Source of the DNA: Abditibacteriaceae bacterium
Lineage (GTDB): Bacteria > Armatimonadota > Abditibacteriia > Abditibacteriales > Abditibacteriaceae
Direction of reading: 5' to 3'
NCBI GenBank assembly: GCA_031372065.1
Contig: JANMKN010000131.1
Coordinates: 1 to 16,976, forward strand
DNA length: 16,976 nt
The notes under the pieces were generated by a model, which saw only the letters and a list, made by a program, of their open reading frames with translations, had not been told where the DNA came from and did not search any database. Below are positions 1 through 6,986 of this stretch, one piece after another (position 1 is the first letter of the stretch; every line of letters begins with the position of its first letter). The translations under genes were made by a program, and so were the position numbers.

Positions 1-1
1 C

Positions 2-61
2 GGTTTCGTCGCGCAGCACATTTGGCGCGACGTGCCCGAACTGCCACACGCAGCGGAATAA
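2..61 (+). CDS. Possible 3' end of a convergent gene entering from outside the window (...GFVAQHIWRDVPELPHAAE*)
   Basis: Open frame 2-58 ending in TAA 59-61, about 20 nt before a bidirectional terminator-like hairpin. Too short to identify. Confidence 0.35.
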   Translation, partial: GFVAQHIWRDVPELPHAAE

Positions 62-79
62 ATACTTGCATCTAAATAC

Positions 80-115
80 AAAAGCGCCGCATAATTTTAA
101 TTCTGCGGCGCTTTT
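80..115. terminator. Probable bidirectional intrinsic terminator
   Basis: Perfect 12-bp inverted repeat AAAAGCGCCGCA (80-91) / TGCGGCGCTTTT (104-115) with T-runs on both strands, 14 nt past the hydrolase stop. Confidence 0.75.
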
Positions 116-129
116 CTATTTTCCAACGC

Positions 130-1011
130 TCACGGCGCGACCAAATGCAACGTCAAAAACAAGATGGCGCCGGTTAATAATTTTTGTCCCGTTTCGGGAC
201 TTTGCGGCAGGCTGTGGCCTTCGCCTTCACCTTTAATCATTTGCACTTCGATGCCTTCTTTTTTGAGGCGATCATAAAGGCGCTGTGATTGGTCAAGCGG
301 CACGAGCGGGTCAGCCGTTCCATGATAAATCAGCATCGGCACGGTTTTCTTGTCTACAAAGGCAATCGGCGAGGCGTCTTTATAAGCGGCGGGGTCTTCT
401 TCGGGCGTTTTGCCGATAAGGTTTTTCACCAATGCCATGCCAACGGGAGAAACGTTCGATTCTTCCGGCTTCAAGGTGAGATCCGTCGGGCCGAACAAAT
501 CAATCACGCAGTTCACGCGGCTCGAATACTGCGCCAGATTGGGGTCGCTGTTGTCCCGCGTGTCGCGCGTGCCGAGAAAGGCCACCAAATGCCCGCCCGC
601 CGAAGCGCCCAGCGCGCCTAAACGATTCGGGTCAATGTTATATTTCTTGGCGTTGGCGCGAATCCAACGCACGGCGCGCTGCACATCGTCCAACGGTGCG
701 GGCCATTTGTTGGCATTTTCTTTCACCAAACGGTAGTTGACCGAAAATGTCACGAAACCGTTGTCGGCCAGGCCGCGACACGCATCAGCAAACTCACTTT
801 TATCGCCGCCCACCCAACCGCCGCCATGCACCGCGATAAGCGCCGGCAAGGGCGCGCCGTTATTGTCTTTGCGATAAACGTCCAACTTCAGTTGTTCGCC
901 GCCCGCTTCGCCATAGACGACATCTTTTTCCTCTTGCGCTTGCCCACGCAGCGCCGCGCCGAGCAGCAAAAGAAAAATCCCGCCGTAGCGCACAACATTT
1001 TTGATTCTCAT
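130..1011 (-). CDS. Exported alpha/beta hydrolase (HSL-like esterase/lipase, BD-FAE-like)
   Basis: HGGGW oxyanion motif, GASAGG nucleophile elbow, HGTADPLVP (Asp) and GEGH (His). Start reassigned to ATG 1011 (MRIKNVV...): AAGGAG lies ~10 nt upstream and a signal-peptide-like segment (GGIFLLLLGAALRGQA) follows. Confidence 0.9.
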   Translation of the reverse strand: MRIKNVVRYGGIFLLLLGAALRGQAQEEKDVVYGEAGGEQLKLDVYRKDNNGAPLPALIAVHGGGWVGGDKSEFADACRGLADNGFVTFSVNYRLVKENANKWPAPLDDVQRAVRWIRANAKKYNIDPNRLGALGASAGGHLVAFLGTRDTRDNSDPNLAQYSSRVNCVIDLFGPTDLTLKPEESNVSPVGMALVKNLIGKTPEEDPAAYKDASPIAFVDKKTVPMLIYHGTADPLVPLDQSQRLYDRLKKEGIEVQMIKGEGEGHSLPQSPETGQKLLTGAILFLTLHLVAP

Positions 1012-1087
1012 TGAAAATTCACTCCTTGAAATTCTGCCTTCCTTTGACAGCAAAGCCAGATGAACGCGGCACGTTGCCTCTTGAACT

Positions 1088-2821
1088 TTAAATCTGCCGA
1101 ATGCGCTCGATGACGTTTTCAACATTTATCGTTTCATTGAGTGATTTATCACGCGTGCGCACTTCGACTTCACCCGTTTCTTTGGTGTTGCGGCCCGCGA
1201 CGATTTGCACAGGGATACCGAACAAATCGGCTTCGGCGAATTTGCCGCCGGGACGCTCGTTGCGGTCATCGAACAGCACGTCTACGCCCGCGCGTTGCAA
1301 GTCTTCATACAACTTTTCGGCGATGGCGCGCGTGGCGTCGTCTTTTTCCAAGTTCAGCAAATGCACATCGAAAGGCGCGACGTTTTTGGGCCAGATGACG
1401 CCGTTTTCGTCGCGGTGCGCTTCGGCAATCGCGGCGATAATGCGCGACACGCCGATGCCATAACAGCCCATCTCGAAAATCTGTCGCTTGCCGTTGACAT
1501 CAAGAAAACCGGCGTCCATCGCCTTGGAATACTTGTTGCCGAGTTTGAAAACGTGGCCCAGTTCGATGCAGCGCGCTTCTTGCAAAACGCCGCCACCGTT
1601 CGGTGAATTTTCGCCCGCTTTGGCCTCGCGCAAATCGCCCCAATGCGAAACTTGAATATCGCGTTCGACATCCACACCGCGCAAGTGAAAACCATCTTTG
1701 TTGGCGCCGGTTGTCATGCGCTTGCGACCGCGTAAACTTTCGTCGGCAAAGATTTTTCGCACCCCCCCAGCCCCCCTTGGTAAGGGGGGAGAAACCGCGC
1801 CGAGGCTGCCGGGATGCGCGCCGAGCAACTCGAAAATCTCATCGGCATTCGCCGCGCGCAAATGCGCGGCGCCGAGCGCGCCCGTCAGTTTGCTTTCGTT
1901 CAGTTGATGATCGCCGCGCAACAAAGCGAGAACAGGCACGGTTTGGGGTTGGCCTTTTTCATCTGCCAAAGTCGCCATGTAAATCAAGGTTTTGATTTGA
2001 TGCACCGCCGGAGCGCCGCCTTCAAATTGTGTGAGCGCTTCGATAGTGACGATGCCGGGCGTGGCGAATTCTTCGAGTTCGTCGCCGATGTCATCGCGGT
2101 CAGCGACGGGTTCTAAGATCGAAGACGCCATCTCCAAGTTCGCGGCGTAGCCGTCGGCTTCGCAAAAGAGCATGGTATCTTCGCCGCTGTCGGCAATCGC
2201 CATGAATTCTTGCGTGTCGAAGCCGCCGATGCCGCCGCCTGCCGCTTGCACGATTTGAAATTTCAGGCCGCAGCGCGTGAAGATTTTCTTGTAGGCGGCC
2301 ACCATCTTGTCGAACGATTCATCCAAGCCCGCAAGGTCGCGGTCAAACGAATAAGCGTCTTTCATGATGAATTCGCGGCCCCGCAAAAGTCCGGCGCGCG
2401 GACGCGGCTCGTCGCGGAACTTGCCTTGAATCTGATAAAGCGTGACGGGCAATTGCTTGTAGCTGGAAATCGAGTGGCGCACGATGTCGGTGACGACTTC
2501 TTCGTGCGTCGGGCCGAGCAAATATGGCGCGCCTTTGACATCTTCGAGCTTGAACAAAATATCGAGTTTGTCGCGACCGGTTTCGGCCCACAGTTCGGCG
2601 GGATGCATCGCGGGCATCAAGAGTTCGACGGCGCCCGCGTGATTCATTTCCTCGCGCACGATGTTTTCGACCTTGCGCAAAACGCGCCAACCGAGCGGCA
2701 AATACGAATAAATGCCCGCGCTTAACTGCCTGACAAAAGCGCCGCGCAACAGCAAAGCGTGACCGGGATTGTCCGATTTCACTTGCCGCAACGTCGGCGC
2801 GAAAAATTGAGATTGTCGCAT
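1088..2821 (-). CDS. proS: Proline--tRNA ligase, bacterial type with INS editing domain
   Basis: 577 aa. Motifs GIYSYLPLG, PTHEE, FRDEPRPRAGLLRGREFIMKDAYSF, IELGHVFKLG, MGCYGIGVSR; editing insertion (IKTL, GSLG, GAN..H); C-terminal anticodon-binding domain (DDRNERPGGKFAEADLFGIP). AAAGGA RBS upstream. Confidence 0.98.
   Translation of the reverse strand: MRQSQFFAPTLRQVKSDNPGHALLLRGAFVRQLSAGIYSYLPLGWRVLRKVENIVREEMNHAGAVELLMPAMHPAELWAETGRDKLDILFKLEDVKGAPYLLGPTHEEVVTDIVRHSISSYKQLPVTLYQIQGKFRDEPRPRAGLLRGREFIMKDAYSFDRDLAGLDESFDKMVAAYKKIFTRCGLKFQIVQAAGGGIGGFDTQEFMAIADSGEDTMLFCEADGYAANLEMASSILEPVADRDDIGDELEEFATPGIVTIEALTQFEGGAPAVHQIKTLIYMATLADEKGQPQTVPVLALLRGDHQLNESKLTGALGAAHLRAANADEIFELLGAHPGSLGAVSPPLPRGAGGVRKIFADESLRGRKRMTTGANKDGFHLRGVDVERDIQVSHWGDLREAKAGENSPNGGGVLQEARCIELGHVFKLGNKYSKAMDAGFLDVNGKRQIFEMGCYGIGVSRIIAAIAEAHRDENGVIWPKNVAPFDVHLLNLEKDDATRAIAEKLYEDLQRAGVDVLFDDRNERPGGKFAEADLFGIPVQIVAGRNTKETGEVEVRTRDKSLNETINVENVIERIRQI
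1761..1790. repeat. Short palindromic repeat in-frame within proS
   Basis: ACCCCCCCAG-CCCCCCTT-GGT-AAGGGGGG-A: an 8-bp hairpin plus C-rich tail, encoding SPPLPRGAGG after GSLGAV. Confidence 0.7.
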
Positions 2822-2889
2822 GATGGTTTTCCTTTAAGGCTTTTGCAGTATAAACGTCTCGCTCATAATTGGGCATGGCAAGCGTGCCT

Positions 2890-2951
2890 GCGGCGGGGCA
2901 AGCGCCTGAGAAATGCCGGACGAGAAAATCCTTATGCGATTGCCCCGCCGC
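2890..2951. repeat. Inverted repeat (REP-like hairpin) upstream of proS
   Basis: GCGGCGGGGCAAGCGC (2890-2905) vs GCGATTGCCCCGCCGC (2936-2951): 15/16 complementary, 30-nt loop. Confidence 0.6.
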
Positions 2952-2984
2952 GATCTGCTTTGGACTACTTCCAACCCTATTTTC

Positions 2985-3173
2985 AGCACGTCCAAGCGCA
3001 AAATCGGCCCCGCGAACGCCGATAAAGGCCCCGCCATCGGCGTCCACGGCGCCGATATTCCCGTCCACGGCGCCGTGGACGGGAATATTGGCGCCGCTAT
3101 CCTCGTTCGCAGCACCGAGATTGGCCTTGGGAGCGCCATTTTACGGCTTTTGGGCCTGAATTGTCGGGTTTTC
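2985..3173. repeat. Degenerate 21-nt-period array with a central 50-bp near-perfect palindrome
   Basis: RGCNCS-type anchors (AGCACG, GGCCCC, GGCCCC, GGCGCC x3, AGCACC, AGCGCC, GGCCTG) every 21 nt from 2985. Bases 3047-3096 form a loopless palindrome, 24/25 pairs, centred at 3071/3072. Confidence 0.7.
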
Positions 3174-3223
3174 GAGAGCGCTGGCGTAGACTGGCATACT
3201 TTCTTGCACGACCAGAGCCTAAG

Positions 3224-4387
3224 TTACTGCACGAGGCGCACGCGTTCGCCAAAGGGGAATTGTTCTAACGCGAGGCCGCCTACGGTGACGACCCACAGCA
3301 CGGGGATTTCTGGCGGCTTCTCCGGGAATGTGCCATAGCCGTCAGTGAGGTAAATTGCCAGCGCAGTTTCATGCGCGGCAGAGTTTTCTTCTAACTTTTC
3401 AAAGAAAGGCCGAAAGCTGGTGCCGCCCCCGCCCACCGGCGGCGGCAGCGGGCCGTGTCCTTCGAGCCGATGCGGGCCGTTCAAAGCGGCGTCGGCGTAG
3501 TATAAATCGCAAAGTAGATGCGGATATGAGGCTAAAATGCCCTGCACTTCGCTCAAAAACTCGCGCATAATCTCGTCGCCAATCGAACCGCTGGTGTCCA
3601 CGCAAACATGGCAGCGCACCGATTCGCCCTGCAAAGCTTCGAGATACAAGCCGCGCCCCACAAAACGCCGATCATAGCCGGAAAAGTCCGTCGGCGTCTG
3701 CACCAGATAGCGCCATAGCCACGCGCGCCAATTCAAGCGGCCCGGTTCGAGCGAATCCAGTTCGCGGCGCATTCCCGACGGCACATCACCGTGCAAAGAA
3801 CGCGCAATGATCCGCGCCCGCTGCATGGCACCGCGCCAATGGCCCTCAATAGACACGCGCCGCATATCCTGCGGGCTGGTATTGCCGTCGCCGCCGGGCG
3901 AGGCTTCCAATAAATCGGACATTTTGAGCGGCGGCAGCTTCTCCAAATCGCGTTGCAGCAGTTCGTAGACCTCTTCGGAACTGTAGTGCGCCAAGCGGTC
4001 ATCGCGCATCCCGCCTACGGGCAATGCCGCGCCCGGTTGGGCGAGAATCATCCCGTTTATCACGATGTCGGCGGCGATATTCCACACCAAAGGGTCGCGC
4101 CTTCCGCGCCTTGTGCAGTGTCCGAGCGCCGCGTGCAACACTTCGTGCAATAGCAAACCGTCCTGCTCGGCGGGCGTGAGCGGCGCCCAGAAGTCGGGGT
4201 TGATAAAAACCGTCAAACCGTCGGTGGCGGCTGTCGGCACCATCCTCGTCACTTCGTAGCGGGCGAACAAAGCCAGCGCTGCGAGGAACGGCTGACGCGA
4301 GCGCAGTCGCAGCATCGAATGGCTGATTAACTGCTCCGCATTAGGCGCGAGTTCGGGGACTTCGACAGTCGTTTCGGCTTCGCTCAT
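3224..4387 (-). CDS. HEXXH metallopeptidase-like + vWA domain protein (DUF2201-like)
   Basis: TAATDG, LLLHEVLHAALGH (HEXXH), WNIAADIVIN; C-terminal vWA with VDTSGS (MIDAS), GGGTSF and YLTDGYG. ATGA overlap with the upstream ATPase. Confidence 0.9.
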   Translation of the reverse strand: MSEAETTVEVPELAPNAEQLISHSMLRLRSRQPFLAALALFARYEVTRMVPTAATDGLTVFINPDFWAPLTPAEQDGLLLHEVLHAALGHCTRRGRRDPLVWNIAADIVINGMILAQPGAALPVGGMRDDRLAHYSSEEVYELLQRDLEKLPPLKMSDLLEASPGGDGNTSPQDMRRVSIEGHWRGAMQRARIIARSLHGDVPSGMRRELDSLEPGRLNWRAWLWRYLVQTPTDFSGYDRRFVGRGLYLEALQGESVRCHVCVDTSGSIGDEIMREFLSEVQGILASYPHLLCDLYYADAALNGPHRLEGHGPLPPPVGGGGTSFRPFFEKLEENSAAHETALAIYLTDGYGTFPEKPPEIPVLWVVTVGGLALEQFPFGERVRLVQ

Positions 4388-5388
4388 GGCGCGAGAATCT
4401 TCTGATAATCGGCGAGAAATTCTTTTAGCTTGTCGTCTTTTTGCACATAAAGCGCAAAGGCGCCCATTTTACCAAGGGCGCGCATCTGCTTGAACAAATC
4501 CACCGCGTAAAGTTGCAGCCATTCGGCGGGCGCCTTCTCGACCAGCCACTTGAAACCGCGATAGCCGCGCTCGGCTTCCTTGGCGCGCACCGTCAGGCCG
4601 ATGGTTACTGCGTAGCGCGCCGATGGCTCGGTGGGAAAGGCGATGCGCTCGCCACCTTCGCCCGAAAGTATCGGCTCCAAGTCGGGCAAAACGCGGTAAA
4701 GCTCGATATACGATTGAAATTCCGTCGCCGTGGGCGTGCCGACCACCGATGCGACATCCAAACCGACGCCATGCAGTCGGCTCGCCATGACCCACGAACG
4801 CGGCGAAGGCCACGCCGGACGTTGCGCGTCGGTTTTGTGCAAGAGTTCGGGCCGAAAGGCCAGAAACGCGATGACTTGCTCATGCACATTGGTCGCCAGC
4901 GCGTGTGCTTTGAACGAATCCCAATCGGCTTCGACTTCGAGGTGCAAAAAACGATTGGCCAGAGGCGAGGGCATATCGAAAACCGCCGCGCGATCTTCCT
5001 TGCGATTGCCCGCCGCCCAAATAAACCAGCCCGGCGGCACGGTGTAAGAGCCAACGCGCCGGTCAAGCACCAACTGCTGCGCCATGCCCTGCATGGTTGG
5101 CGGCGCAAGGTTGAGTTCATCGAGGAACAACACGCCGCGCCCGGCACGCGGTAGAAACTCCGGCGGATACCAACGAGACAATCCATTTTCGGCGACAGGC
5201 AAACCACGCAAATCCGTCGGCGCCAGTTGCGAAAGGCGCAGGTCTATGAAATCCAAACCTTTGGCCTCGGCAGTCTGCGCCACGATGGAGCTTTTGCCGA
5301 TGCCCGGCGGCCCCCAAATCATCACGCTCAGTTTCAATTCGTTGTCAATTAAGGCATCAAGGTATTGGTTAAGGGCTTCAGGTGTCAT
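4384..5388 (-). CDS. MoxR-like AAA+ ATPase (typical DUF2201 partner)
   Basis: Walker A GPPGIGKS, DLRLSQ..PTDLRGLP, Walker B LFLDE, sensor-1 AAGNR, Arg finger PLANRF, PSPRSW. Confidence 0.92.
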   Translation of the reverse strand: MTPEALNQYLDALIDNELKLSVMIWGPPGIGKSSIVAQTAEAKGLDFIDLRLSQLAPTDLRGLPVAENGLSRWYPPEFLPRAGRGVLFLDELNLAPPTMQGMAQQLVLDRRVGSYTVPPGWFIWAAGNRKEDRAAVFDMPSPLANRFLHLEVEADWDSFKAHALATNVHEQVIAFLAFRPELLHKTDAQRPAWPSPRSWVMASRLHGVGLDVASVVGTPTATEFQSYIELYRVLPDLEPILSGEGGERIAFPTEPSARYAVTIGLTVRAKEAERGYRGFKWLVEKAPAEWLQLYAVDLFKQMRALGKMGAFALYVQKDDKLKEFLADYQKILAP

Positions 5389-5428
5389 GTAGATTCATTA
5401 TTTGTGCGTGGCGATGAGCGCTGAAAGG

Positions 5429-6967
5429 TCACAACGGCAGTTTCGCCTGCATCTCGCCGTAAGCATCGAAAAGTTCTAACTGCCCGCCACTTTCATCGGC
5501 AAATAAGCTGACAGCTTGATCGCCGCCCGGCGCTTGGAGCATGATTTGTCCGCCATCCTCGCGCGCACCAAAGGCGCCGCGTGGCGCGCCCGTGCGTCCG
5601 CAGACCATAACCATGCCACCCTCATCACCGGTGCCGATAGCGGCTTGCATCATACCTTCGCTATCGCAAACCTTCAAAGTGGCGCCGTTGTCTTGCATAG
5701 CTAATTGGGCCACTTGCTGATCTTTATCATTCTTTAGCGAGAGGCCGCCACCAAAAACACCGTTGTGTTCAACCGCGCCAATGCCAACCGCTGTTATGTT
5801 GTTTTCCATCAATAAAGACAAACGCCCGCCTCGTTCGTTGATGTCAAAGAGGCCGCGCGGCTGCGTATCTTTATCAAATAAAGCTAACGCGCCGCCGTTG
5901 CGGTTGAAAGTCAATTGCGCTTTCAATTGACCATCGTTGTCTTTTACGGTGACGGCACTGCCTCTATCGTGTCCCGGCATATCACCTAAAATCAAAACTC
6001 CGCTGTTCTTGGGGCCTTCAACCGCTAAAGTTCCTGCGCCTTTCATGGCCGTCGCAAAAATGACGTTCTTATCGTTTTTATCATTGAGTGCCAGACTGCC
6101 GCCCTCTGGCGAACAATTTAGCACCACCATAACCGGGCTGCTTTTACTGCCTTTTAGCTCAAGACGCCCGCCTTCTTTATCCACCAAAAGATAGGCGTGT
6201 TGGCCGCGCCGTCCGCGCGCTACGACTTTGCCGCCATCTTCATCTACACCAAGGATGACGGGCGTTTGACCATCGGCGTCCAACAACAGCGCGACGGGCC
6301 GATTATCGGCCACCGCCAAGGCAATACGAGGGCGCTGCTTGTCGTCGTTTAGGGTCAGGCGCCCGCCGTTTTTCTCGGCCATCATGCCAACGCGCGCTGT
6401 ATCGTTTTGGTCAATGACCTGAATGTTGCCGCCTTCTGCACCCGCCATCAGGAAGGCTTGCGGATTGCCTTGGGGGTTCAGCACGCTGACGGCGCCGCCT
6501 TTTTCCAAGGCGCGCACTGCGACGGCGGGTTTGCCATCCTCCCCAAAGAGGAAAACATGGCCGCGTTCTTTCTCGGAGCCGATTTGCACATGGACATCAT
6601 GTTGCGCGCCCCGTAATTCCAGATGACCGCCGTCATTGCGCATTTCGAGATTGACTTTTTCAGCTCCTTTGGTGTCACACAGATAGAGAAAACCACCAGT
6701 CTCGTCTTCGAAACTGAGTTCTGCCCGTCGTTTGCGATTGACATCCTCTACGGCGGGGTCTTCAATAATCAGCGACTGCACTTTGAGGCGCGCATAACCG
6801 ACGAGATGTTGCAGATCGTCGGGCAAGCCCAATGCTTGTTGGAGTGCACACATTTGCTCTGCTTGATGCTCAATTTTCTCCCGTAAAATCGTGATCTCAT
6901 CTCGCAAAGCCTCCATATCTCCAACGGATGCGTGGGCATTTTGCGTATCTGTGTTTGGTGTTTCCAT
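5429..6967 (-). CDS. Hypothetical protein: N-terminal coiled coil + ~19 tandem ~22-aa beta-type repeats
   Basis: 512 aa. Heptad-like MEALRDEITILREKIEHQAEQMCALQQAL, then repeated GGxLxLxDxxxxxxxxLxxxxx units to the C-terminus. AGGA RBS upstream; 19-nt and 40-nt gaps to neighbours. Confidence 0.8.
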   Translation of the reverse strand: METPNTDTQNAHASVGDMEALRDEITILREKIEHQAEQMCALQQALGLPDDLQHLVGYARLKVQSLIIEDPAVEDVNRKRRAELSFEDETGGFLYLCDTKGAEKVNLEMRNDGGHLELRGAQHDVHVQIGSEKERGHVFLFGEDGKPAVAVRALEKGGAVSVLNPQGNPQAFLMAGAEGGNIQVIDQNDTARVGMMAEKNGGRLTLNDDKQRPRIALAVADNRPVALLLDADGQTPVILGVDEDGGKVVARGRRGQHAYLLVDKEGGRLELKGSKSSPVMVVLNCSPEGGSLALNDKNDKNVIFATAMKGAGTLAVEGPKNSGVLILGDMPGHDRGSAVTVKDNDGQLKAQLTFNRNGGALALFDKDTQPRGLFDINERGGRLSLLMENNITAVGIGAVEHNGVFGGGLSLKNDKDQQVAQLAMQDNGATLKVCDSEGMMQAAIGTGDEGGMVMVCGRTGAPRGAFGAREDGGQIMLQAPGGDQAVSLFADESGGQLELFDAYGEMQAKLPL

Positions 6968-6986
6968 GTCTCAATCCTTTGCGTCT

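Noticed and set aside
1012..1125. N-terminal extension of the hydrolase ORF (start 1125)
   Set aside because: Overlaps the proS 3' end; ATG 1011 has a strong RBS and yields a normal signal peptide.
2822..3223. T-box leader for proS
   Set aside because: AAAATAGGGTTGGAAG on the minus strand only loosely resembles the T-box motif; no GGTGGNACC(G/A)CG consensus, specifier stem or U-tailed terminator is visible.
2834..3338. Short ORFs between proS and the vWA gene (101, 96, 141 aa)
   Set aside because: Open frames on both strands are explained by the GC-rich period-21 palindrome; no recognisable domain, and the 141-aa one overlaps the vWA gene antisense.
3224..5388. Assignment as ravA/viaA or other named MoxR-vWA genes
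   Set aside because: The ATPase lacks RavA's additional C-terminal domains, and the vWA protein has an HEXXH N-terminal domain unlike ViaA; no symbol given.
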